DNA of 24,619 bases from a virus (IMGVR_UViG_3300020362_000765:1-24619); one strand, 5' to 3'. Shown: positions 14,743 through 24,340, numbered from the stretch's first letter. A program made the numbers and translations. Notes: generated by a model from the letters alone, not told the origin.

Positions 14743-14957
14743 TGCATGCATTTTTATTAATGCTGTACATGGGTGAAGCCCTTGTAAGCAAAGATATGTA
14801 CTTTAAAAATATTAATGATTGTTTGTATTTTGCAGAAAGATTAAATGATCAACCTTTAGTGCCAAACCGCAACGCACAAGAGGGAGTTAACAAGTTTGTA
14901 AAGTACGTTGCGGTTTGTGTTCCCAAACGAGTTGGGAATAACGTTAAAATTTATTAA
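14742..14957 (+). CDS. hypothetical protein
   Basis: 71 aa, TAATG-coupled; YFKNINDC...AVCVP. Confidence 0.75.
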   Translation: MHAFLLMLYMGEALVSKDMYFKNINDCLYFAERLNDQPLVPNRNAQEGVNKFVKYVAVCVPKRVGNNVKIY

Positions 14958-15261
14958 ACGTATAATCGATATCAGCAACAGGTTTTTCGGCTTCTTTTAA
15001 ATCATGTACGTGTAATTGTATGATTGCATAATGTAGTATCTTCATTAGATCTTTTCTGGCTTGAGCGGCATCACCCTTCTTACCATATCTTTGTGCATAC
15101 TTCATAATATTACCAATACAAAATCCAGTACCGTGGCCACCGTCAACTATGAACTCAGTTGCTTGAAATTGTTCTTTTGAGTAATGACTATCATATGTTG
15201 AGTCAATATGTTTTTTTAACTCATTTATATTTTCTTCTTCATTAAATTTATAATCTATCAT
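14944..15261 (-). CDS. DUF3310 family protein (T7 gp1.7-like)
   Basis: SHY...GFCIGNIMKYAQRYGKKG...DLMKILHYA. Confidence 0.8.
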   Translation of the reverse strand: MIDYKFNEEENINELKKHIDSTYDSHYSKEQFQATEFIVDGGHGTGFCIGNIMKYAQRYGKKGDAAQARKDLMKILHYAIIQLHVHDLKEAEKPVADIDYTFNKF

Positions 15262-15458
15262 CTCTTAAAAAACCTCGTTGCCAATTTTATTGGATTCTTT
15301 AATCCTTCATATGTGTTACTTATAAATTCTATATGCTTTTCAAAGTTATCGTTTAACTTATCAATCTTTTCTTCTATAGTATCTAGTCTTTTTTCCAGTT
15401 CATCAATATCTCTTCTTATTGTACCACGATATTGACGTAGATTATCTTTATCATTCAT
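15258..15458 (-). CDS. small coiled-coil hypothetical protein
   Basis: MNDKDNL...IDELEKRLDTIEEKIDKL; start trimmed to ATG 15458. Confidence 0.7.
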   Translation of the reverse strand: MNDKDNLRQYRGTIRRDIDELEKRLDTIEEKIDKLNDNFEKHIEFISNTYEGLKNPIKLATRFFKR

Positions 15459-15825
15459 GCTCACCACCCGGATCATTCTTATCTAATTCTATTCTTTTAC
15501 CATTATAATACATATGTCTTGTTCTGCTAGGTGTATGGTAACCATTTGTCTTATGTTCTAATCTTAACTTAAATATACTTGAGTTATTTTTTGCAGCTTC
15601 GAATGTTGTCACTGTAATTACTATGGCTGCCAAAAATATAATGTGCACTATCATTGTTACACCCATTACAAATATACTACCAACATACATTGAAAATACT
15701 ATGCACCACATCCAAGCTAGAACTTGCAGCACCATATGTCTTGTGTTAATATCAGGTATGTGCTTTAAAGGATTTACATCAGCATTCATTATGCCATTCC
15801 AACTATCATATATAAATTCTCTCAT
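15451..15825 (-). CDS. hypothetical membrane protein
   Basis: Two TM segments (VLQVLAWMWCIVFS...); start trimmed to 15825 (TAATG). Confidence 0.8.
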   Translation of the reverse strand: MREFIYDSWNGIMNADVNPLKHIPDINTRHMVLQVLAWMWCIVFSMYVGSIFVMGVTMIVHIIFLAAIVITVTTFEAAKNNSSIFKLRLEHKTNGYHTPSRTRHMYYNGKRIELDKNDPGGEHE

Positions 15826-16382
15826 TACTTTTCCCACCTATAGAATATATGATTTGCTACTACTAATGTTTTCGTCTTTTGTTTACGCCATGCTGGAAAA
15901 ACATAGTCGGCATGGTAATGTGTTGCACCTTTTGTAATATCCTTACTGTATGAACCAAAGAAAACCTTTTGAGCGATTATTAAAGCAGTTCTATATACAT
16001 CAATATCATACAATGGTATCTCGTCACTTTTGCCATCACAATACCAACTAAACTGACATCGGTGTCTTATAGGTACAATCTTACCATGGTTTTCGTACCA
16101 CCATTTACTTGTAGGACCTTGTTTAATTACTTCGCAATGCGTAGCTGGAAATCTAGAATCAGCAACTCGATTATCGGTAACTAACGCAACTGCCCACATA
16201 CCTTTTACTGGTTGATTTCTTGCCTCCCAGTAAATATTGTCTGCCAAACAAACTATTTGATCATTGAAAGTTTTTGCGTTTATTGCATCACTTGCAGGTG
16301 CAGGTGGACTACAATAACTTAAACCAAGGAATGCTATAGTGGCTGCAAGCATTCCTTTAGCATATGTTCGTGGATTAAGCAT
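15825..16382 (-). CDS. cell wall hydrolase (SleB/Hydrolase_2 family)
   Basis: CLADNIYWEARNQ...AVA.V..NRV...FP..C.V..Q...CQFSWYCDG...GATHYHA...P.W...HIFY. Confidence 0.92.
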   Translation of the reverse strand: MLNPRTYAKGMLAATIAFLGLSYCSPPAPASDAINAKTFNDQIVCLADNIYWEARNQPVKGMWAVALVTDNRVADSRFPATHCEVIKQGPTSKWWYENHGKIVPIRHRCQFSWYCDGKSDEIPLYDIDVYRTALIIAQKVFFGSYSKDITKGATHYHADYVFPAWRKQKTKTLVVANHIFYRWEK

Positions 16383-16563
16383 AGTAGAAGTTTTCTACTT
16401 CTTCAGCCACTTGAAACTGATCAAGCCAGTTAAACTCAACTTTCCTAAGCTTTTCAACTCTTTGTTGAGCTTCCCATACCGAATCACTGTCTTTTACAAG
16501 AACAGCTGCCTTTTGGTAAAACTCTTCTTGTAAATCCATCATTAAACTTTTAACTTTTCCCAT
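16375..16563 (-). CDS. hypothetical early protein
   Basis: 62 aa, behind an early promoter and AAGGGAG RBS. Confidence 0.8.
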   Translation of the reverse strand: MGKVKSLMMDLQEEFYQKAAVLVKDSDSVWEAQQRVEKLRKVEFNWLDQFQVAEEVENFYYA

Positions 16564-16594
16564 AATTTAACTCCCTTTTTAATTTTATAATAAT

Positions 16595-16623
16595 ATTATA
16601 CACTATTTTTTTCCTTATGTAAA
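16595..16623 (-). promoter_or_regulatory. phage early promoter
   Basis: TTTACA-N17-TATAAT. Confidence 0.85.
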
Positions 16624-16635
16624 GGAAAAAATTCA

Positions 16636-16905
16636 CTATATTCTCACCTCATATGCAAGATTTTCTGCAACCCATGACTTACCTAAATCATAAGCGATGG
16701 CTACAAGAGCACCTTCTCTTGGTAAAGTGTCCATGTACTGGATTAGCTTCTTTGCACCAGAAGAATTATTACTCTCAATCATAATAAGAATAGCTTCGAA
16801 ATCCTTAGCATCTTGCTTGTACATATCAGACATATCTTCTTTGACAGCCCAATCCATTTTTGAAAGATTCTTATACTCTGTGATTAATTTTTTTAAATGC
16901 TTCAT
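16636..16905 (-). CDS. hypothetical early protein
   Basis: 89 aa, behind an early promoter and AAGGGAG RBS; MDTLPRE motif. Confidence 0.8.
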   Translation of the reverse strand: MKHLKKLITEYKNLSKMDWAVKEDMSDMYKQDAKDFEAILIMIESNNSSGAKKLIQYMDTLPREGALVAIAYDLGKSWVAENLAYEVRI

Positions 16906-16938
16906 AAAAACTCCCTTATTTTTTTATTTTATAGTAAT

Positions 16939-16967
16939 ATTATACCATATAAAAAAGGCCTTGTACA
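16939..16967 (-). promoter_or_regulatory. phage early promoter
   Basis: TGTACA-N17-TATAAT. Confidence 0.85.
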
Positions 16968-16995
16968 CCTTTTTTTTCACTTTTTTCAAAAAAAA

Positions 16996-17613
16996 TTAAA
17001 CCATTTTTGCTTTACCTTCATATGTTTTTACTGAAACATTATCAGGTATTTGAAATTTAACAGCATCATGAATATGATGTAATACAAACTTTGTATTTGG
17101 AAACTCATTAAACATCTTTTGCCACACTGGTCTCCAGTTATTTGCTAATCTATTTGTGTTCATGTTGCCTCTATCTGAATTTAAGTAAAAGTCTGAACAA
17201 CTTCTTAAATTAAAATCAAATATAGAATCAAATCCATACATATGAATCTCTTCTGCTTTTACTTTGTTTGCTGCGTAGTGTACCGCCATGTGACCACAGT
17301 TAAAGTCAGTATAGTTAGCTACATATTTTGGCAGTACTGTATAAAATTCTTTTACTTGATGAGAATGTTTTAAATAAAAGGTAGGCTTTTGATCCATCCA
17401 AATTTTCGGTCTCATTCCTAATATCCAATCACCTGGTATCTGTAAAGATCCTTCATTTAATGCTCTCATCATTTTAAAGTCTACCATGATTGTTCCATAG
17501 GCACCTGGTACTGGCCATGGCGGAATGTTACATGTAAGTTTCATACCGATTCTTTGTTTATGATGATACAAGCTTGCTTGATCACCGTTTCCAATTACAT
17601 GAACTATCTTCAT
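16996..17613 (-). CDS. putative glycosyltransferase, sialyltransferase/Maf-like fold
   Basis: VHVIGNG...CN...VD...NCGHMAVHYA...EEIHMYGFD pattern; last gene of the GT cluster. Confidence 0.55.
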   Translation of the reverse strand: MKIVHVIGNGDQASLYHHKQRIGMKLTCNIPPWPVPGAYGTIMVDFKMMRALNEGSLQIPGDWILGMRPKIWMDQKPTFYLKHSHQVKEFYTVLPKYVANYTDFNCGHMAVHYAANKVKAEEIHMYGFDSIFDFNLRSCSDFYLNSDRGNMNTNRLANNWRPVWQKMFNEFPNTKFVLHHIHDAVKFQIPDNVSVKTYEGKAKMV

Positions 17614-18260
17614 ACCATCTCCGATATTTTTATTTTACCTTTTTGACCTGTCCAATGTGCTATCTTTACTTCTCCACCATAACCGTCTTTTTCTAATTGT
17701 AATCTTAATACATTATATTTGTTTGGTAAATCTGTTATGTATTTAATTTTTGTTATTGGTGACAGTATCTTATCTAGTACTTCTTGATCACCATCTAACG
17801 GATTTTGTTTTACGGCTTTTACCCATTGGTATAGTATTACAGGTTTATCTTGAAATCCAACTACACCAGAGTTATGCCAAAGATGACCACGTCTCCAAAT
17901 CCAAGGTTCATCTTTCGCCATCAAGAGTTTTTCTGGTTCTATGAGATCAAAAATATCATCTGTATTTTCTCTTACCTCACAGTCTGTATCAATCCATACT
18001 GTTTTCTTCGATGGACTTTTTAACATTGATAGTGGTTTTTTAAACCAACCTTTCTCTTCTGTATTTGTCAAATCCATTACAGCATGTACGTTTTCTCTTA
18101 CTATTTGCATGGTTAAGTCAGTGATTCCAAAGTTTGCAAAGATAAGAGGTTTATTATTATTTTTTTTAAAGTTTTTTAAAAACCAAGGCAGCATCCATTC
18201 TTGTGTATTATCGCATCCTGTAACGTATGCTTCATCATATAATTTCATAGGTTTCGCCAT
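17610..18260 (-). CDS. GT-A (GT8-like) glycosyltransferase
   Basis: WIDTD (DxD), NSGVV, DQEVL, LP.KYN, IAHWTG. Confidence 0.82.
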   Translation of the reverse strand: MAKPMKLYDEAYVTGCDNTQEWMLPWFLKNFKKNNNKPLIFANFGITDLTMQIVRENVHAVMDLTNTEEKGWFKKPLSMLKSPSKKTVWIDTDCEVRENTDDIFDLIEPEKLLMAKDEPWIWRRGHLWHNSGVVGFQDKPVILYQWVKAVKQNPLDGDQEVLDKILSPITKIKYITDLPNKYNVLRLQLEKDGYGGEVKIAHWTGQKGKIKISEMV

Positions 18261-18876
18261 AATTATGTTTTGCCCAACAGCCTTCTTTTCTTTGTATTGT
18301 TGTGAAACTATCTCTTGCTTCTACTGGCCATGGATAGTATTCTCCTAAAGTAAACTTAGAACTATGTATAAAAATATCAGTTGGTCCTGCCGAATGTAAC
18401 GATTCGTCAATTAATTCTTGTGCACCCTTTGGTGTAATTCTATAAGCATGCGCACCAGGGAAATATGGTTTAGAAACAAGTGAACCATATCCTATAAACT
18501 TTGGTGTGTTAAATTTACCATATGACGGTTTACCAAAACTTAAGATGTCAAACATTTGTAATTGGGGTATCTCACCAACTAGAACAGCATCATGTTCGAA
18601 TATAACTATTGGTTCGTTTAATCTAATACATTTTTTCCAAAGACTATGATGACTTAAAAAACCTGCAATACAATTTTCTGGTCTACTATATTTTTCAATA
18701 AAACCTTTTTCACTATATTTTAATTTTTTAAGTTCTTCATATACATTACAATTTTGTGGTGTGTATGCCTTGTGCTTTTTAATATATGCATCAAACTTTA
18801 TTCCGCTCTTAATGCATCTTTCTGCAACTTGCACAGACCTTTCATTTTCAGTCATTGTAATTACAAACATTTTCAT
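18235..18876 (-). CDS. glycosyltransferase family 25
   Basis: FLSHHSLWKKC...IVIFEHDA...GAHAYRITPKGA...D. Confidence 0.85.
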   Translation of the reverse strand: MKMFVITMTENERSVQVAERCIKSGIKFDAYIKKHKAYTPQNCNVYEELKKLKYSEKGFIEKYSRPENCIAGFLSHHSLWKKCIRLNEPIVIFEHDAVLVGEIPQLQMFDILSFGKPSYGKFNTPKFIGYGSLVSKPYFPGAHAYRITPKGAQELIDESLHSAGPTDIFIHSSKFTLGEYYPWPVEARDSFTTIQRKEGCWAKHNYGETYEII

Positions 18877-19571
18877 AACGTTGTTGTTGACCTCAAGCCT
18901 TGTATTCTTGTATAAAAGTTTCTTGTTACACCAAGATTTGGTACTAGTTGTCTACACATCAGTGCATCGTTTGGCCACATGCCATATCTTTGCGATAAGT
19001 CTAACATTCTTTCAGCACCTTCTGGTTTTATGACATATGCTGAATTACCTGCCAATCCTTGCGGTATATGAACCTCGTCTATAATAGGTACTGGTTGAAA
19101 AAAATCTGTTTTACTTAAAATGGCATCATGATAGTCTTTTGATTTTCTTGTAGCCATAGATGGATCATTTATTCCAATTATATCAAATTCACAGTTTCTA
19201 AAAGTTCTGTCACTTGGCAGTTTTTTAATAAATCTTGCATCATGTTCTAAAATTAGAATCATTTCATTAAGGCTTTTACACTTTTGCCATAGATACCAAT
19301 GACCTAAGAAACAAGATATTCTTTTTCTTTTATCTGCAGTCGGGTATGCAGTTTTAGTTAGTCCAGTAGCAATGTCTATTTGTGAACCTTCCCATGGATA
19401 GTTCCATTCTAAACCATTACCACTTGAATAACCATCAACTTTAAATACATCAATCGCCTCAAACAATTCAATACCTTCTTCATGTCCATACTTATCATAG
19501 CTTTCTTTTAATTCTTCATAACCAGCCATTGAAACTTTGCTAGTTGGTATTGCTATTGCAAATGCTTTCAT
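18873..19571 (-). CDS. glycosyltransferase family 25
   Basis: SCFLGHWYLWQKC...LILEHDA...GNSAYVIKPEGA...PND. Confidence 0.85.
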   Translation of the reverse strand: MKAFAIAIPTSKVSMAGYEELKESYDKYGHEEGIELFEAIDVFKVDGYSSGNGLEWNYPWEGSQIDIATGLTKTAYPTADKRKRISCFLGHWYLWQKCKSLNEMILILEHDARFIKKLPSDRTFRNCEFDIIGINDPSMATRKSKDYHDAILSKTDFFQPVPIIDEVHIPQGLAGNSAYVIKPEGAERMLDLSQRYGMWPNDALMCRQLVPNLGVTRNFYTRIQGLRSTTTL

Positions 19572-19981
19572 TAAATTATCCTAACATTATCTTTATTTTC
19601 CACATAATATTTACCTACACAATATTTTCTAAATATATCATATCGATCAATATTATTATCTATTATGATATCAAACCTTGGACTATTCCATTGTTCTTTC
19701 ATAATTTTTTTTACAGCCTTTTCATTATCTATATCACATCTTATCCAATAAATTCTTGACTCTTTTAGATAGTCTATATTCTTTGGTTCTTGCTTTTGAA
19801 AATTATCTATACAAAAAATATTAGAGCGTGGCATAAACTTTTGCCAAACAGGTATAGTAGCATCACACCCTATCTGTAAAATTTGTAACGGTAAAAATCT
19901 TTTTTCATAAAATTGATTTTCATAAAAGTTTGCAAATTTAACTTTATTTGATTTAAACTTAGTTAAAAGATTATATAGCAT
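19571..19981 (-). CDS. degenerate class I SAM methyltransferase-like protein
   Basis: ILQIG...W..FMP.SNIFCID...FDIIID; short (136 aa), with altered motifs. Confidence 0.55.
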   Translation of the reverse strand: MLYNLLTKFKSNKVKFANFYENQFYEKRFLPLQILQIGCDATIPVWQKFMPRSNIFCIDNFQKQEPKNIDYLKESRIYWIRCDIDNEKAVKKIMKEQWNSPRFDIIIDNNIDRYDIFRKYCVGKYYVENKDNVRII

Positions 19982-20711
19982 CTTTTACAAATCTCTCAAT
20001 TGCGCAACCTCCATATACACAATGATGATCATCGTTTTCGCTTAATACTTGATACCAACCAAATTCTGCTGGCCACAGTCTTTTTTCTTCGTGTAATTTA
20101 AAAACCCTTTCCGGATCAAATTTACTAGGTGGATGTATTATCAAGTTATCATTTAACCACCAACACCAATCACGACTAACAGATATATCAGTATCTCTTG
20201 TACAATATTTATGTTCTATGTCTTTAAACATATTTAAATTCGTATGTCTTCCACCTCTGATTGCAAATCCAACTGCAATATTTTCATTATAGGACATATC
20301 TAAATATTTTTTAAAATTTATTCTAGAACCACAAACCGCGTCCCATCTTATTCTTACTATCAAATCATACTCTTTTTTTATGTCTCTTACTTGATATGCA
20401 TGAGCAAGTATCTGTTTAGTAGAATGATTTAATGATTCAGTTTGATATACGCCACCTATCTTGTTGCTAATACCAAATTTATATTGTGCATACTTATGAT
20501 TAGGATTATCTTCTACACATTCAGTCCATGAATTATAATGCAAAACAGGTTCAGGATAAGTAACTGCTTTATATTGTTTTGATATATCATTTTCACGTTC
20601 TTTCCATGTAGCATAGTAGAAATCTGCATCAGGCATAGCTGCCTCAACACTTTTTATGTTTCTTCTTACATTACCTCTAGCTATTCCTGAAAAACATATT
20701 GCTATTTTCAT
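19971..20711 (-). CDS. putative glycosyltransferase-like protein
   Basis: MKIAICFSG.R...YDLIVRIRWD...ND; a pattern seen in polysaccharide-cluster proteins. Confidence 0.55.
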   Translation of the reverse strand: MKIAICFSGIARGNVRRNIKSVEAAMPDADFYYATWKERENDISKQYKAVTYPEPVLHYNSWTECVEDNPNHKYAQYKFGISNKIGGVYQTESLNHSTKQILAHAYQVRDIKKEYDLIVRIRWDAVCGSRINFKKYLDMSYNENIAVGFAIRGGRHTNLNMFKDIEHKYCTRDTDISVSRDWCWWLNDNLIIHPPSKFDPERVFKLHEEKRLWPAEFGWYQVLSENDDHHCVYGGCAIERFVKDAI

Positions 20712-21409
20712 TTTAATTTTTCTAAGTCCTCTGGTGTTCCAAGTATATCGTGTCTTGTATTTTTATCGATTCCAATCTTTAATCCTCTATCAATCAGCAA
20801 GTTATAAACTGGTGCTATATAAAATTCACCTTTTGTTCTCATATCATTTTCTATCATAAACTTTGCATTACTGACAAAAGTGCTGCCTTTTTTAAAATAA
20901 TATAAACCACCTATCGCTTTATCACTAATTACTTCTTTCTCTTTTGTTTCTGCAACTAAACTTTCAAATTGATTCATTCTTACATAACTATGAGCTGGAC
21001 TAGAAGACTTAAATACGCAAACAAGACCATCGTAAAAACTATCAATTTTTTTAGGATCGATTTGTGGTTCAAAATAACAGTCAGGTGTAAATATCATAAG
21101 CGGATTATCATTGTCAATAAGTTCTTCTGCCAACAAGCAAGTGCATAAAGCACCTTCAGTTAATCCAGGGATAATTACTATCTTACAGTCTTTGTATTTA
21201 CTTCTAAGAACTAAATTTAAATTATGTTCTTTTACATGATCTTCTCTAATTATAAAAATTAAATTACAGTTATCGATATTAACTGATTCAAGTGATCGAT
21301 CTAAAATTGTCTTGCCATTTATTTCAATCAAAGGTTTTGGCAGTTTGTAGCCTGCATCAATAAATCTTTGACCGTTTCCAGCTATCGGCAATAGTAAATT
21401 AGTTTTCAT
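20708..21409 (-). CDS. sugar nucleotidyltransferase (NTP_transferase / BcbE-like)
   Basis: LPIAGNGQRF..AGY.LPKPLI...TEGALCT...D...EK..IS..A..GLYYF...EFYIAPVYN...LGTPEDL. Confidence 0.88.
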   Translation of the reverse strand: MKTNLLLPIAGNGQRFIDAGYKLPKPLIEINGKTILDRSLESVNIDNCNLIFIIREDHVKEHNLNLVLRSKYKDCKIVIIPGLTEGALCTCLLAEELIDNDNPLMIFTPDCYFEPQIDPKKIDSFYDGLVCVFKSSSPAHSYVRMNQFESLVAETKEKEVISDKAIGGLYYFKKGSTFVSNAKFMIENDMRTKGEFYIAPVYNLLIDRGLKIGIDKNTRHDILGTPEDLEKLK

Positions 21410-22064
21410 AAGTTAGTACCTTTAAAGTTTGTTCGTGAGCTTTTTCTAACGACTTTTCTATATTATCTGTATTTAACATATTTGAAATAAAGCATGCAGC
21501 AAAAGCGTCACCAGCACCAAGTACGTTTATATTATCTTTTACTTCTGTTGTAAATGCATATTGTTCCTCACCATTTGTACACATACTACCGGACGGATAA
21601 TGAAGAATTACGTATCCTCTTGTTAACTTTGCTAACTCTTTTACATCCATAAATAAGTCTTCTTCTGATATAAACAAATAGTCGACATATTTAATTTCAT
21701 TCATAATGTTCATATCACCTGCAGTCAGGTCTGCTGAAACTTTTCCATTTAAACTTTTCATAAATGAAGTATCTTTAAGTTTATTTAAATAAAGAACATG
21801 ATGCCAATGCGCATTAACTACTGATGGTTTTGTAGTTTTTAAATTTAAATTACCTCTACCAAATCTTTGTGATGAAGTTTCGTTAACTAAAACAACTGCC
21901 TCTCCCATGGCGCATGGTGCAAGTTTGTATTTTATATTTGTATTGATAACATTTAAAGCATTCCAAAAATTGGCAATAGCACCAAGTGAAATTTCTTCCT
22001 TAAAGTTTCTTATTATTCTATCGACAGTTATATGACCATAAACTGCTAAATCATACTCATACAT
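21399..22064 (-). CDS. PfkB/ribokinase-family sugar kinase
   Basis: N-terminal VYGHITVD; C-terminal NVLGAGDAFAA. Confidence 0.85.
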   Translation of the reverse strand: MYEYDLAVYGHITVDRIIRNFKEEISLGAIANFWNALNVINTNIKYKLAPCAMGEAVVLVNETSSQRFGRGNLNLKTTKPSVVNAHWHHVLYLNKLKDTSFMKSLNGKVSADLTAGDMNIMNEIKYVDYLFISEEDLFMDVKELAKLTRGYVILHYPSGSMCTNGEEQYAFTTEVKDNINVLGAGDAFAACFISNMLNTDNIEKSLEKAHEQTLKVLTYEN

Positions 22065-22068
22065 TATA

Positions 22069-22614
22069 TTACCTCATTTCTGCAGTTGTTTGCTCCAGTT
22101 TATCTAACTCAATAACTTTATCTATAGTTACGCTTTTTATATAATTTAACGTTTGACATATGTCATAAAGTTCTACTATACAACCTTCTCCACCTTTTGA
22201 TTTTAATTTTATAAAAGCTGAATCTTTTATTGCTAAAGGTACGTCACTAGGACATGCAGTATGTTTTAATTTTTGAAACATTTGATAGTCAAAATAATCA
22301 TCACCTACAAACATCATATCGTTATAATCAATTTTATATTTTGTTTTAAACTCATTTAGCCATAAGGATTTGTCTAATCCATCTTCTTTATCTCTAGTAC
22401 AATAGAAATCTATGTTTCTTTTTTCTGCCATGGCTCTATTGTAATTGTCGCCACTTATCATTATTACTTTTACTCCAGCTGCCATAAATCTTTTTATTGC
22501 AGTAAAATCTTTACACATAAATTTTTTATAAACCGGTTTGTGATCAACGTCATAAACTTTTGTACCATCAGTTAAAACACCATCAATATCAAGTATTAAC
22601 AATTTTAAATTCAT
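22069..22614 (-). CDS. kdsC: KdsC-like HAD phosphatase
   Basis: LLILDIDGVLTDG, ISG, K, FVGDDYFD, CPSD, GGEGCI.E. Confidence 0.8.
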   Translation of the reverse strand: MNLKLLILDIDGVLTDGTKVYDVDHKPVYKKFMCKDFTAIKRFMAAGVKVIMISGDNYNRAMAEKRNIDFYCTRDKEDGLDKSLWLNEFKTKYKIDYNDMMFVGDDYFDYQMFQKLKHTACPSDVPLAIKDSAFIKLKSKGGEGCIVELYDICQTLNYIKSVTIDKVIELDKLEQTTAEMR

Positions 22615-23234
22615 ACTTCCACCGTTATAACATATTGTGTCATACCTTGTCTATTCATACCAAAATCGTTTGAAAGTACAAACTCATTAACAGCTTTTGT
22701 TACACCTGCTTTTTGCCATTTTGCATCAGGCCAACCGTAATCATCACCGATTATTAATCCACCAGGTTTTACAATATTTAATGCGTTTTTTAAATCCTTT
22801 ATACATTGTTCATAAGAATGATTGCCATCGATATAAATCCAATCTAGCATTTCAAAATTTCCATGACCTTTAGATGCAAGATATCTTTCAAAAAAACTAT
22901 CAGAAGTTTCTCTACAAAGTTCTACTTCATTCATATGTTCGAATCTTGATTTAATCTCTTTCCAAACTCTTTCATAGAACTTTTGAAAACCTGCCTCTGC
23001 AATTTCACCTGTAATTGGTTGATACTTTGCTAGCCATTCTTGATAAGTCATTTCTGAACTATTTTTATATGGTTCAACTGAATAAGGGTCTACCATATAA
23101 AATTTTTTTAAACCTTTTTTTAAAAATTGAGTTGAAGTATTTCCCATCCATACACCAATCTCTGCACCTATAGTATTTTTTCTAATTAAATGCATGATGT
23201 GTGCTGAATCTTTATTTGTATGTAATGCCATCAT
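22611..23234 (-). CDS. class I SAM methyltransferase (Methyltransf_24-like)
   Basis: GAEIGVWMG, VDPY, DWIYIDGNHSYE, VKPGGLIIGDDY, GV.KAV. Confidence 0.88.
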   Translation of the reverse strand: MMALHTNKDSAHIMHLIRKNTIGAEIGVWMGNTSTQFLKKGLKKFYMVDPYSVEPYKNSSEMTYQEWLAKYQPITGEIAEAGFQKFYERVWKEIKSRFEHMNEVELCRETSDSFFERYLASKGHGNFEMLDWIYIDGNHSYEQCIKDLKNALNIVKPGGLIIGDDYGWPDAKWQKAGVTKAVNEFVLSNDFGMNRQGMTQYVITVEV

Positions 23235-23237
23235 AAT

Positions 23238-24008
23238 TTACACCATAAAATGTTTACTACCGTTGTTTATCGCTCTCACTAGGTGATGTGATTTATAACC
23301 ACCTACCTTACTATATAGGTGTATGTCTTCGTGCTTTTTATAAAGCGTTGCTAAATGAAACATGCCAGAATCACAACCTACATGAAAGTCTGCATAGTAC
23401 ATAGCGTGTCCTATATGAGCTAATGAATCTTTAAACCTACCTTTACCATTACCGCCAACATGAACAACTGCGCCTTGATACTTGTCTTCTATTTTTTGTT
23501 GTAACATTGGTGATAAAGTTCTTCCAGGATCTGTTGAATCCCATTGTACTGTAATAAACTGGTCTGGCAACCAATAGTTTTCTATTACCGGTTTTAGCAA
23601 TGCAGGTTTTCTAAGATATTGTGACATCTCCAAAGGAACAACTGTTTCATTTGGATGCATATGTATCGTATCTTGAAAATAATAAATCTCTGCATCAATA
23701 TTATTTTCTTTTAAATAACCAATCCAATCATTTTCTGGTACATTTTCTATTGGCCAATTTTTTATTTGTACTGAGTCTTTTGGAAAGAGTGTTAATATTT
23801 CACTCCAAGATTTTTTCTTCTTATCTGATTTTACACCACCTGCAACACTCCATTTATCATCGGTAATATGTATGGTAACTGGTGTATTGTGAGCTTTTCC
23901 GTACTGATATGCACATAGTACGCTTTGTAATCTGTCACCTATGCCAGGTGTTGTATAAGGTCTATCACCAGAGCGAATGCTCTTTGATCGTAATGCTATA
24001 TGTTTCAA
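23238..24008 (-). CDS. putative GT-B glycosyltransferase (GT9-like C-terminus)
   Basis: GIGDRL near the N-terminus; FHVGCDSGMFHLA. Confidence 0.6.
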   Translation of the reverse strand: MKHIALRSKSIRSGDRPYTTPGIGDRLQSVLCAYQYGKAHNTPVTIHITDDKWSVAGGVKSDKKKKSWSEILTLFPKDSVQIKNWPIENVPENDWIGYLKENNIDAEIYYFQDTIHMHPNETVVPLEMSQYLRKPALLKPVIENYWLPDQFITVQWDSTDPGRTLSPMLQQKIEDKYQGAVVHVGGNGKGRFKDSLAHIGHAMYYADFHVGCDSGMFHLATLYKKHEDIHLYSKVGGYKSHHLVRAINNGSKHFMV

Positions 24009-24340
24009 TGACTTTTCTTTTCTGTAATTTCACTTTGAAAATAGATATCTATTCTTTTCTTTGTTTCATGACGTAAATCATTTAATTGAGTTATAAGAAG
24101 CGCAGTGTCTGATTCTTCTTTACTGTATCTTTCAACACCGAATCTCTTAATATCTTCTAGGTTCCATAGTTGAGAATTTATTGCCGTCATAATATTTAAA
24201 TAATAATCAAAGCCGGCATCAAATATTGTTTCATATTGATCTAGTTCATTCTTTACATCTAAACCTTTTTCTTCTTTAATCTTTAATATTGAATATTTAT
24301 CTAGGTATTCACCGACGCTTATATCAACTTGTATCTTCAA
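24005..24340 (-). CDS. DUF6165-like protein
   Basis: ISVGEYLDKYSILKIK...IN..LWNLED.KR...ND.R...KK.I.......EKKSH. Confidence 0.75.
   Translation of the reverse strand: MKIQVDISVGEYLDKYSILKIKEEKGLDVKNELDQYETIFDAGFDYYLNIMTAINSQLWNLEDIKRFGVERYSKEESDTALLITQLNDLRHETKKRIDIYFQSEITEKKSH

Noticed and set aside
508-24076. Numerous short antisense or alternate-frame ORFs (e.g. 508..816, 978..1220, 2717..2956, 4662..5003, 5079..5264, 7485..7877, 7810..8178, 13444..13725, 17941..18348, 23621..23866)
   Set aside because: Shadow ORFs over better-supported genes; no RBS or recognisable motifs
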